From positions 68,362-114,133 of IMG/VR virus record IMGVR_UViG_3300037086_000398: a stretch of DNA of 45,772 bases; one strand, written 5' to 3'. Every line of letters starts with the position of its first letter. Position 1 is the stretch's first letter. Below the pieces are notes generated by a model. That model saw only the letters and a list, made by a program, of their open reading frames with translations. It ran no database searches and had not been told where the DNA came from. Position numbers and translations under genes: made by a program. The DNA comes from a virus. Positions 37,649-45,772 of this stretch are shown piece after piece.

Positions 37649-38258
37649 TCCTCATCTCTAGAAACATTTTTCTGAAAAACTTGCGTTGCCCTTCAGAGAT
37701 GAGATACTTTCTCAAAGTCATGAACTCGTCGTGGATTCCGACGGGAACTAAACTTTGAAACGTCTCCTTGTCATTATTTTTGATGGCTTCCCTGACCTTA
37801 GAAGCTGATACGTTATCAGCAGAATCCATATCGCGGGCGATCTCTTGGATTTCTGCACTGACACCATCGTTGTCAAAATAATCATCCAACTGCTTCTTAT
37901 ATGCTGCTATTCTGTCAGTTCCTGCTAGTAAAACTAACCTTTTTTTAAGATTTTCCTTGGATGTAAGTTTTAATATGTTGTCCATGATTTCTGGAACAAA
38001 CCCAGACGGAGCCGAAATGATGTGTGATGGATGGATCTTACCACCGAAAGCCATGTAAATAAGTCTGAGACGGAGGCCTAATGGAAACGGGTTCTTTTCC
38101 TTGTCTTTTTGGGTCTTGGTTCCCCGCACGACTACGATGAAGATCTGTTGAAACTTCTTCCTGGCAGAGTCTATTATCTCATAATGAACTTTTGTTATTG
38201 GTTGGAATCGACCGATAATAAGGGCCGTGCCTACCTCGTGTTCTTCATATAGCTGCAT
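37632..38258 (-). CDS. cytidylyltransferase-fold nucleotidyltransferase, NadM/NMNAT-like
   Basis: 208 aa. N-terminal LIIGRFQPITKVH (variant of GRFQPxHxGH) and C-terminal SASKVRE (ISSTxIR-like) motifs. Confidence 0.5.
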   Translation of the reverse strand: MQLYEEHEVGTALIIGRFQPITKVHYEIIDSARKKFQQIFIVVVRGTKTQKDKEKNPFPLGLRLRLIYMAFGGKIHPSHIISAPSGFVPEIMDNILKLTSKENLKKRLVLLAGTDRIAAYKKQLDDYFDNDGVSAEIQEIARDMDSADNVSASKVREAIKNNDKETFQSLVPVGIHDEFMTLRKYLISEGQRKFFRKMFLEMRSGNPG

Positions 38259-38646
38259 GTGTTTATCTTGCTTTTTCCAGGTCTCCGGAGCATATTTATG
38301 GTTGTAATGCGATCTCGACTATGTAAAAATGTTCGAAAGCTTCGGTTGCTTGTCGAAAAAAACAAAGATCAGATATTCAAAATCATTGTCTCAGAAGCAT
38401 TCATTCAGACAATCTCTAAATGCCTCGATGAGGTGGAGATAGAAAAGAGTGAAATCGAGGATGGAGAGGTCTGGACCCTATGGGGCATACCACTGCAAGA
38501 ATCCCTCCAAATCAAAGGTGCCGTTCTGGAGATGAAAGATGGTGAGTTTATAGTAATAGAAGGTATTTATTAAAACCTATTGTTCCTGAACGTCATCCTG
38601 TCTGAAACGAAAGATATACGAATAAAGAAAGTATGGAGGTAAAAAC

Positions 38647-41600
38647 GTGACCAAGTGGACCTGGATTCAACCCATCAGTGAGGAAGTATTCGCCAACAAA
38701 TATAAGTTTCATAGAAAGAATGTAGAAGAGGTTTTTGATGATATATCGACCGTAGTTTCAGGATCGGAAGATGTAGAAATAAGAAAAGACATCAAAGCTC
38801 GGTTTTATACTGAGATGATTGAGGGGAGATTCATCCCTGCGGGTAGAATTCTTGCAAATGCATGGCCAAAAAGTGGTATAAAGAACCTAATGAATTGTTA
38901 TACCATAGGGATTGATGACTCTATGGAAAGCATCTATGATTCTCTTAAGGAAGATGCGAGGATTAGTAAGGTTGGTGGTGGAGTCGGTTTTGACATTTCA
39001 AACTTAAGACCAAAAAACAGCCCCTTATCAGTAGGTGGTGAGGCTTCTGGTCCTATATCTTTCCTACGGATTTTTGATGCTTCAGCTAAGACCATCATGA
39101 CGGGTGGTTCGAGGAGAGCAGCCCACATCGCTCTCTTAGATGTTTCTCATCCTGATATTGAAGAGTTTATTACATGCAAACAGGGTGACAAAAACAAAGT
39201 ATTGACACAATTCAACATTAGTGTCAAAATCACAAACAAGTTTATGAATGCTGTTGAAAAGGATCTCGATTGGGATCTAAGTTTCAATGGCAAGATCTAC
39301 AAGACCGTGAAAGCGCGGTATCTTTATGATCTAATAGCTCGAAACGGGTTCGAACACAACGAACCTGGAATGTTTAATGTAGATATTGTAAATAAATACA
39401 ACAACGGATATTACAGCTATGTTATCAACGAATGCAATCCGTGTATTGTTGGAGATACTCTGATCGCGGTTGCTGATGGAAGGAATGCTATTTCTATTAG
39501 AGATCTAGCCGAGACTGGAGAAGATGTACCGGTCTATACTAAGGATGAAAAGGGCAAAACGGTGATTCGAATGATGAGGAATCCAAGAAGCACTGGATAC
39601 AATAAGAAGATAGTAAAAGTGAATCTTGATGATGGGACATACATTAGGTGCACGGAAAATCATAGCTTTATGCTCAATGATGGAACGTACAGAGAAGCCA
39701 AAAAATTGTTAGCCGGCGACAGTCTAAAGAGATTCGATTCTTATCCAAACAACAACTATCGACAGATCAACTCTGGTACCGCTCGAGATCGTAGACAATA
39801 CAAAATGATCGCTGAGTTTAACGACCTTATAACTGATGGCAAGACTCAAGCAGTTCATCATTATGATTTTGATTCACTTAATGATCTAGTAGAAAATCTT
39901 GTCGTGATGGATAGGCGAGAACATCACAAGATGCACTCTGAGAGAATGAAAGGAGCAAACAATCCTGTTAACAGATTCCCAGAGAAAAATCCATTCAACA
40001 ACCCAGAAATACAACAGAAGATCAGAGAAGAACATCATATTGGAGCAAAGAGAAGTGAGGAAACTCGAAGAAGAATTGGAGAGAAGACTAGAGAGAGATG
40101 CCAGGACCCAGTATATATGAAAAATTTTCGAGCCTCGTTGGTAGGAAAAAATCATAAGGTCCTTTTCGTTGAAGAAGATGGAATTGAAAATGTATACAAT
40201 GGGACTGTAGATGATTTCCACAATTATGCTGTAATAACTTCTCATGACGACGATCGATTTATTGGAAGCTCTGGTATATTCGTAAAAAATTGTGGTGAAC
40301 AGGCGCTTCCCCGGTACGGTATATGTAATCTTGGTGCAATTAATCTAGCAAAGTTTATCAAGAATGAATTTGAAGACAACGCCGAGTTTGATTTTTTGGC
40401 GTTTGCAGAGACTACAAGGCTCGGTGTGAGATTTCTTGATAATGTACTAGACGCCTCAGAATACCCACTTGAAAAAGTGGCGAAGCATGCTCATGACTGG
40501 AGAAGAATCGGACTTGGTTTCACTGGACTTGGCAATGTTTTTGCGATGATGAAAATCAAGTACGGATCAGAGGAATCAAAGAAGTTAAGCAGGGAAATCG
40601 CAAAATCTCTCCGCGACAACTCGTATCTAGCATCAGCTCACCTAGCTAAAGAAAAGGGCAAGTTTCCAAGTTGTGAAAAGGAAAAACTTCTTGAGTCCAA
40701 TTTCGTTAAGAAACTTCCAGAAGAAATCAAAACAATGATCTCGAAGCATGGTTTAAGAAATGTTTGCATTAATACCGTAGCACCAACTGGAACAATTTCT
40801 CTCACCATTGGTCAAAATTGCTCATCTGGAATTGAGCCAATCTTTGCTCTAGAGTATAAGAGAAGAGTAAGGAAGGTTGATGATGAATTTACTGAACAAG
40901 TTGTATATGATTATGGGTGGCTTCAGTACCAGGCTTGGTGTGCAAAGAAGGGTATTTTGTTTGATGCTAAGAAGGTCCCAGAGTATTTTGTAACGACAAA
41001 AGACATTAGCACTTATGACTCCATTGATGTTCAAGCCATTTTCCAGAAGTATGTTGACGCTTCAATTTCTAAGACTCTTAATTTGCCAGAGAATATTACT
41101 TTTGAAGAATACAAGAAACTCTTCAGCTACGCATATGAAAAAGAATTGAAGGGATTCACAACTTTTAATCCACTAGGTTCAATGAAGGGAATCTTGGAAT
41201 ATAATGATCCAAAAGAAGCAAATGGAAATGGTAATGGTGACAGTGGCCACGCCTCTTATATTAAGAGAAGAATGGCACCACATAGACCAGCCTCTCTAGA
41301 ATGTGACATTCATCAATTCATAGTAAAAGAAAAGAAGACTGTAGTTTTGGTTGGCAAGCTAAATGGTTCTTTATATGAAGTCTTTGTTGATGACGATGCA
41401 AACGGTTCTATTGACGGATCAAAATATACAACTGGAATCATTAAGAAAGCTGGACAAGGTCAATATAGTTTGATTGTTCATGAGGGTGAAAAAGAAAAGG
41501 TATTGGTGGAAAATCTGAGTAAAAACTTTGGTGGGACATATGGAAGTCTAGCGAGACTCGTTTCCATGTCTCTAAGGCATGGAACACCATTACAGTTTGT

Positions 41601-41787
41601 TGTCGATCAACTTTCAAAAAGTAAAGAATTTGGAGGATTTGAGAAGTCTGTTTCTCGAGTTCTCAAAAAGTATATCAAAGACGGAGAAGTTGTCATGACC
41701 TCAACCACTTGTCCTATGTGTGGAAGTGATCTGATATTTAAGGAGGGGTGTGTCAGCTGTCTCTGTGGCTGGTCCAAGTGCGCATAA
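38647..41787 (+). CDS. nrdJ: ribonucleotide reductase large subunit with class-II (NrdJ-type) NPCGE active-site motif, interrupted by an intein; C-terminal Zn ribbon
   Basis: 1046 aa with a GTG start and SD GGAGG. Contains GGGVGFDISNLRP and NECNP-[intein]-CGEQALP. C-terminal CPMCGS...CVSCLCGW. Confidence 0.85.
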   Translation: MTKWTWIQPISEEVFANKYKFHRKNVEEVFDDISTVVSGSEDVEIRKDIKARFYTEMIEGRFIPAGRILANAWPKSGIKNLMNCYTIGIDDSMESIYDSLKEDARISKVGGGVGFDISNLRPKNSPLSVGGEASGPISFLRIFDASAKTIMTGGSRRAAHIALLDVSHPDIEEFITCKQGDKNKVLTQFNISVKITNKFMNAVEKDLDWDLSFNGKIYKTVKARYLYDLIARNGFEHNEPGMFNVDIVNKYNNGYYSYVINECNPCIVGDTLIAVADGRNAISIRDLAETGEDVPVYTKDEKGKTVIRMMRNPRSTGYNKKIVKVNLDDGTYIRCTENHSFMLNDGTYREAKKLLAGDSLKRFDSYPNNNYRQINSGTARDRRQYKMIAEFNDLITDGKTQAVHHYDFDSLNDLVENLVVMDRREHHKMHSERMKGANNPVNRFPEKNPFNNPEIQQKIREEHHIGAKRSEETRRRIGEKTRERCQDPVYMKNFRASLVGKNHKVLFVEEDGIENVYNGTVDDFHNYAVITSHDDDRFIGSSGIFVKNCGEQALPRYGICNLGAINLAKFIKNEFEDNAEFDFLAFAETTRLGVRFLDNVLDASEYPLEKVAKHAHDWRRIGLGFTGLGNVFAMMKIKYGSEESKKLSREIAKSLRDNSYLASAHLAKEKGKFPSCEKEKLLESNFVKKLPEEIKTMISKHGLRNVCINTVAPTGTISLTIGQNCSSGIEPIFALEYKRRVRKVDDEFTEQVVYDYGWLQYQAWCAKKGILFDAKKVPEYFVTTKDISTYDSIDVQAIFQKYVDASISKTLNLPENITFEEYKKLFSYAYEKELKGFTTFNPLGSMKGILEYNDPKEANGNGNGDSGHASYIKRRMAPHRPASLECDIHQFIVKEKKTVVLVGKLNGSLYEVFVDDDANGSIDGSKYTTGIIKKAGQGQYSLIVHEGEKEKVLVENLSKNFGGTYGSLARLVSMSLRHGTPLQFVVDQLSKSKEFGGFEKSVSRVLKKYIKDGEVVMTSTTCPMCGSDLIFKEGCVSCLCGWSKCA
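39442..40290 (+). mobile_element. intein (283 aa) with an HNH-type homing endonuclease domain, inserted in the RNR catalytic NPC|GE motif
   Basis: Begins CIVGDTLIAV (block A) and contains TENHSF (block B). HNH-like HHYDFDSLNDLVENLVVMDRREHHKMH. Ends ...IFVKN followed by +1 Cys. The reconstituted extein reads NECNPCGEQ. Confidence 0.75.
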
Positions 41788-41901
41788 ACTAGTTTTAGAA
41801 AGGATTCAATTCACAATCAAGAACTGGAGACTCTTGGGCACCGAACGTGCTTGAATCCGATTCAATTGTTCTTTGACATCATCACACCTTAGGAGGCTCT
41901 C

Positions 41902-42108
41902 ATGGCACACAAGGCTTATACCAGGCATCGACTAGTAAAGCTAGTCAAGAGATCTAATCGAAGGAGGGTAAAGCATACGTTTAAGACTCTAATGTCCTTA
42001 GGTGATGTAAATAATTTTGAGGAGTATTTCGACAATCCGGAGGATACACTAATTCTTCGTTGGTCCCTTGATCAATCAGACGGAGACTACGAAGACATAG
42101 AACAATAA
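41902..42108 (+). CDS. hypothetical small protein
   Basis: 68 aa; SD AGGAGG upstream. Confidence 0.45.
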   Translation: MAHKAYTRHRLVKLVKRSNRRRVKHTFKTLMSLGDVNNFEEYFDNPEDTLILRWSLDQSDGDYEDIEQ

Positions 42109-42120
42109 ACAATGAATGAG

Positions 42121-42157
42121 GGCCCCTGTGTAAGATAATTACACAGGGGCCTTTTAT
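42121..42157 (+). terminator. strong rho-independent terminator (13-bp perfect stem GGCCCCTGTGTAA / TTACACAGGGGCC + TTTTATTT)
   Basis: Read directly from the sequence. Confidence 0.75.
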
Positions 42158-42178
42158 TTGCTTCTGAGAGGATCGAAC

Positions 42179-42733
42179 ATGCATGCTTTTAAATTCAGGA
42201 AATATAGAATCAAATGGAATCCTAAGAAGAGAAGATTCTTCAAAAAGAAAAAGAATAGACAGGCTTCAAGAAAAGCCTATATGAGATGGAAGAGAAACAA
42301 ATCTAAGATGAAGTCCGCCCTGAGACGCTCAAAGGCTAAGAGAAAGAGGTCAATGAGAAGGAACAAGGCTAGAGGAATGTATAAAAAGCTCAAAATAGCT
42401 AGAAAGAAATATAAGAGCATTTTAAAACATGATGTTGAATTGGACGGGGTACTTGGTCTTCTTACTGAAGAAGAGGCTTTAGGAGCTGAAATTTTTCTTG
42501 AGCCTGAGGATATTGAAGGAGCGAAGGAAGCCTTAGAAGATCTAAGAGACAATGTAGAGTTTGATAGTGACGACGTTTTAGAAGTAATGCAATTTATAGA
42601 AGATTCAGAAGAGCTCCTTGATGACATTAATGGAAATGATTTGGAGGATGAAGATATCGAGGTCCTCGAAGAGATTGTTTCAATTATAGATGATTATGCC
42701 GAAGAGACTGGAATCTACGACGAGGATGAATAA
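42179..42733 (+). CDS. bipartite protein: extremely basic K/R-rich N-terminal half and extremely acidic D/E-rich C-terminal half
   Basis: ATG at 42179 with RBS GAGAGGA (the ORF track's 42158 is a TTG inside the terminator T-tract). About 184 aa. Confidence 0.55.
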   Translation: MHAFKFRKYRIKWNPKKRRFFKKKKNRQASRKAYMRWKRNKSKMKSALRRSKAKRKRSMRRNKARGMYKKLKIARKKYKSILKHDVELDGVLGLLTEEEALGAEIFLEPEDIEGAKEALEDLRDNVEFDSDDVLEVMQFIEDSEELLDDINGNDLEDEDIEVLEEIVSIIDDYAEETGIYDEDE

Positions 42734-43092
42734 TGAACGATTTTTGGGGAAATTGGACAGATCCTCCAAGAACGAGAAAAGTTGGGTGGAAACTTTGGAG
42801 AATGTATATCACTGACAAGAGCCAGAGAACCTCAAGCAAATCCCATTGGCATTGGGCCGTGGTAATACCAACAGAAAGATTTAGCCTAAGAAAATTCAAA
42901 TTTCTCATATGGTTTCCATTCAGTCTAATTGAATCTGAGAGAAAGCCAATAGAGAGTGACACCGACAAGGTAGGCGCTAATTTTCTTGGCAGTCAATGGA
43001 AAGAACTCCATCCTGGACTTGTAATAAAAATAATCTTTGGACTTGATGACGATGGAGATATGATACATGTGAGAAATAGTTTCTTTACTTAG
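42733..43092 (+). CDS. hypothetical protein
   Basis: 119 aa; TAATG overlap with the upstream gene. Confidence 0.45.
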   Translation: MNDFWGNWTDPPRTRKVGWKLWRMYITDKSQRTSSKSHWHWAVVIPTERFSLRKFKFLIWFPFSLIESERKPIESDTDKVGANFLGSQWKELHPGLVIKIIFGLDDDGDMIHVRNSFFT

Positions 43093-43106
43093 GCATAATT
43101 ATTAGT

Positions 43107-43250
43107 ATGACAGAGAAACAAAAGATTAAGGCTTGGGAAAAAGAATGGTGGAAAGATCAGTATCATCTCTGCAAACTGTGTGTGAATGGATGCAAACAGT
43201 CATGGAAGCTGATCGACATGAACTGTAATAAATTTATAAAAAAGAGTTAA
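43107..43250 (+). CDS. hypothetical small Cys-rich protein (47 aa, below track cutoff)
   Basis: MTEKQKIKAWEKEWWKDQYHLCKLCVNGCKQSWKLIDMNCNKFIKKS, found by hand. Confidence 0.3.
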   Translation: MTEKQKIKAWEKEWWKDQYHLCKLCVNGCKQSWKLIDMNCNKFIKKS

Positions 43251-43253
43251 AAT

Positions 43254-43970
43254 ATGCTTTTAATCAAAGGATATTGGGAGCCAGTAGCAAAGGTAGTTTG
43301 CTCATGCTGCCAAGACTATCATTATTTAGAAATCGAAAGATGGAAACACTTTCTTGATGATCAGGAAAAATTGGCCTATTATCTTCGATTCAAGTACGAC
43401 AATTATTTGACGTTTAAGGATCGCCTTAAACAATTCTTTGACATTAGAAAAACATGGCAAACAAAGCAACGTTGGGAAGATCTCCTCATAGAATATGATC
43501 AGCTTGGAGATCTTTATAATGGGCTTCTGAATGATGCTATAGAAAATAGTATCCTCGATGATACGGACATTAAATATATTAATGCCCTACATGAACCAAA
43601 GATGGAAGAAAGCACTGAGAAGGGCTTGAATTCGAAGATGCTTAACGAGTGGCATACCATATCAATGTTTCAATCAAAAGATGATTTTGTTTTTGGTTTC
43701 TTTCATGTAGACACAATGCAAGGGAATCCAATAGATGTATTTTTGGGGTGGGACATAAGAAAATTGGAAAAGAAGGAAATGTTGCGAGCCACCCGCAGAT
43801 ACCTTTTTTCAAGAAAACGTAAGGATTACATTCAAGAGTTTGATTGTGTTTTGTATAAAGAAGATGTCGTTCAGTTGTTAGCATCGATGAAATATTTCAT
43901 GGATAAGATGGTTACACTGTCTGATCATGGGCCCTTTAAAGGTGAACCATTTCTTAAGACATCACCATGA
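43254..43970 (+). CDS. hypothetical protein
   Basis: 238-aa ORF. Confidence 0.5.
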   Translation: MLLIKGYWEPVAKVVCSCCQDYHYLEIERWKHFLDDQEKLAYYLRFKYDNYLTFKDRLKQFFDIRKTWQTKQRWEDLLIEYDQLGDLYNGLLNDAIENSILDDTDIKYINALHEPKMEESTEKGLNSKMLNEWHTISMFQSKDDFVFGFFHVDTMQGNPIDVFLGWDIRKLEKKEMLRATRRYLFSRKRKDYIQEFDCVLYKEDVVQLLASMKYFMDKMVTLSDHGPFKGEPFLKTSP

Positions 43971-44218
43971 AATTGCAACTAGTTTCTACTCCTACGCGTT
44001 TTTCAATTAATTTGGATGGACATATTTCTGAAGCCGAATATGCTTGGAAGATATTCCCGCTGATTGAAAATCAAAATTCTGATTTTGAAGTCATTTTTGA
44101 AAAGCTCAAAAAGCTCAGAGATTGGGCACAAATGAGAAAAATTGGCTTCAAACTCAAGGCCTCGTTTCTTTTCAAATCTGCTTTTTTCTGTTTTTGTAAG
44201 CTACACGAAGATGCATAA
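43967..44218 (+). CDS. hypothetical protein
   Basis: 83 aa; ATGA overlap with the upstream gene. Confidence 0.4.
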   Translation: MKLQLVSTPTRFSINLDGHISEAEYAWKIFPLIENQNSDFEVIFEKLKKLRDWAQMRKIGFKLKASFLFKSAFFCFCKLHEDA

Positions 44219-44240
44219 TTATCTTTAAGGAGAAAGTATC

Positions 44241-44561
44241 TTGACCTATCAATACCACTGTCGTAAGTGTGACCATGAGTGGGAAGAAGTTCATGGCATG
44301 ACTGAGGATTTGAAGTTTGTCTGCCCAAAATGTAAATCTAAAAAAACACATCGAATTATAACTGGTGGCACTGGGTATATCATGGCAAATGGCGCGACAT
44401 CAAGAGGTACTGTAGCCTCTCGCCATGGACATAAGAAAAAATGGAGTACTCCAACTCCTGCTGAAAGTGCTCGAGCCAAGGCTTCTGCAAAACAGAGTGA
44501 AGCTGTTGGTCATAGGGAATTGGGCGCAGATCCATACGCAGCGTTTAGAACAAAAAAGTAA
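44241..44561 (+). CDS. FmdB-family zinc-ribbon protein
   Basis: 106 aa with a TTG start and RBS AAGGAGAA. YQYHCRKCDHEWEE...FVCPKCKS matches the FmdB zinc-ribbon pattern. Confidence 0.5.
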   Translation: MTYQYHCRKCDHEWEEVHGMTEDLKFVCPKCKSKKTHRIITGGTGYIMANGATSRGTVASRHGHKKKWSTPTPAESARAKASAKQSEAVGHRELGADPYAAFRTKK

Positions 44562-44579
44562 AGGGAGATAAAAATACAC

Positions 44580-45602
44580 GTGGAAAAAACTGTAATTGGA
44601 GTTGGCCAGACTGGAACCAGGCTTGCCGCTCTATATGCACAGAAGGGAGATGCCCTTCTTACATTTAATACTGATGTGAGAGATTCTGGTGGAATTCGAC
44701 TAGGAACAGATAGAATCATTACTAATGGTGGAGCAGGACAAAATTATTCAAGAGGATTGAAGATTTGGGCAGAAGGTCGCGAAAAACTTGAAAGGTATTT
44801 GGAACCAATTATAGATAAGGATGTTATTTATTTTGTTGCAGCTGGTGGAGGTAGTGGATCTTCTTCAGTCGTAGCTTTTCTCAACATCTTGATGAGACAG
44901 AAAAATAGAATCCTTCTGATTGCAACGCTGCCTTTCATCAAAGAATCAATTCCCGCTACAGCAAATGCCACTCGTCTTTTGAGTCGATTAGCGGAGTTTT
45001 CGAACAATATGTCTGTGTTTATTATATCAAATGATGAACTCTCAAAAGAACTTGATGATAGTTCTCTTGATGGAATCAACAAAGAAATTGTTGATTCAAC
45101 TCGACTTTTGACGGATTTGATTAACTATCATGAAGACCGTCATTTTACACCATTTGCAATTGATGAGGCTGATCATCGATCGATTGTTTATTCTGGTGGA
45201 TTCATAAACTATTCAATTGATGATCTAGACGGAGAAAATGGAAATGGTCCTCATTTGCCGAAATTTTCATATGGCAATCCAAGAGAAGCCTCAAACATTC
45301 TAGTGACTCGCTTCCTCGACACGAGAATGAACAACGAACAGTCCATGGCTGAGGGTGATAAACTTATGAGTATTGTCACAAAGGTCGGTGGAATAAAAGG
45401 TGCAAGAATTATTTACGGCGTCGTTCGATCAAACAAAGTTTTGCCCAAATATTTGACCATTGCTTCTGGTCTCAAGATCGACAAAATTTTTGCCAAACTG
45501 AAGGGCTCTGCCACTGATTCTGCAGTGAGGTATGCCGAGAAAACCAATTTCAAAGAAACAAGAAAGCTTCAAAAAGAAGAAGACAAGCTTTTAAACATAT
45601 AA
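44580..45602 (+). CDS. tubulin/FtsZ-superfamily GTPase (PhuZ/TubZ-like phage tubulin candidate)
   Basis: 340 aa with a GTG start and RBS AGGGAG. N-terminal VIGVGQTGTRLAA (FtsZ T1-like), AAGGGSGSS (tubulin signature GGGTGSG-like), NDELSKELDD (T7-like). Confidence 0.5.
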   Translation: MEKTVIGVGQTGTRLAALYAQKGDALLTFNTDVRDSGGIRLGTDRIITNGGAGQNYSRGLKIWAEGREKLERYLEPIIDKDVIYFVAAGGGSGSSSVVAFLNILMRQKNRILLIATLPFIKESIPATANATRLLSRLAEFSNNMSVFIISNDELSKELDDSSLDGINKEIVDSTRLLTDLINYHEDRHFTPFAIDEADHRSIVYSGGFINYSIDDLDGENGNGPHLPKFSYGNPREASNILVTRFLDTRMNNEQSMAEGDKLMSIVTKVGGIKGARIIYGVVRSNKVLPKYLTIASGLKIDKIFAKLKGSATDSAVRYAEKTNFKETRKLQKEEDKLLNI

Positions 45603-45605
45603 AAC

Positions 45606-45638
45606 ATGCCCTGAATCGAGTGGTTCAGGGCATATTTT
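45606..45638 (+). terminator. rho-independent terminator (ATGCCCTGAA-loop-TTCAGGGCAT + ATTTT)
   Basis: 10-bp perfect stem after the tubulin-like gene. Confidence 0.65.
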
Positions 45639-45681
45639 AGAACATATAAAATACATTTTGGTAAAAAAAAGGTAATCATTT

Positions 45682-45772
45682 ATGCCAATTTATCCCCAAG
45701 AAGTTATCATCGAATATATTTCAAAATACATTACCACTGATTTCAAAGTCTCATCACATGATGATTGGATTA
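45682..45772 (+). CDS. hypothetical protein, 3'-truncated by the window edge
   Basis: ATG preceded by AAAAAGG; reads MPIYPQEVIIEYISKYITTDFKVSSHDDWI... Confidence 0.3.
   Translation, partial: MPIYPQEVIIEYISKYITTDFKVSSHDDWI

Noticed and set aside
38259-38573. 104-aa plus-strand ORF starting 1 nt after the start codon of the divergent minus-strand gene
   Set aside because: No room for a promoter or RBS at 38259. If real it would start at an internal Met (about 38298). Kept out of the feature list as unsupported.

Overview
This window is an AT-rich, densely packed, almost entirely plus-strand stretch of a large tailed dsDNA phage, with T4-like core functions in a non-T4 gene order. Recognisable genes are: tail sheath (13152-15938) and tail tube (16089-16643); the gp47/gp46 (SbcD/SbcC-like) recombination nuclease pair; a UvsX/RecA-like recombinase; a UvsW-like SF2 helicase; an Rnl-like RNA ligase; a class-II-type ribonucleotide reductase interrupted by an HNH-containing intein; a 5'-nucleotidase; a free-standing HNH endonuclease; an M23 peptidase; and a tubulin/FtsZ-like GTPase. 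There are also host-takeover-type auxiliary genes: peptide deformylase immediately followed by ribosomal protein bS21. Start codons are ATG, GTG or TTG, each with a Shine-Dalgarno sequence. Several strong rho-independent terminators are present. I found no tRNAs or CRISPR arrays by eye. The most unusual feature is the first 3 kb: a tandem, translationally coupled array of at least 12 divergent paralogous genes, the first cut by the window edge, encoding small Cys-rich (C4 zinc-ribbon-like) proteins. They share a conserved N-terminal 'IAKNLLLGHxCxxC' motif and a conserved C-terminal 'IPPExTCxxWE' motif around a hypervariable middle. The array is followed by a clearly foreign, GC-rich single-gene moron with its own SD, mini-uORF and terminator. 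A five-gene minus-strand cassette (33722-38258: RNA ligase-like, NMNAT-like nucleotidyltransferase, HExxH protein, two unknowns) is a second candidate accessory or anti-defence module.
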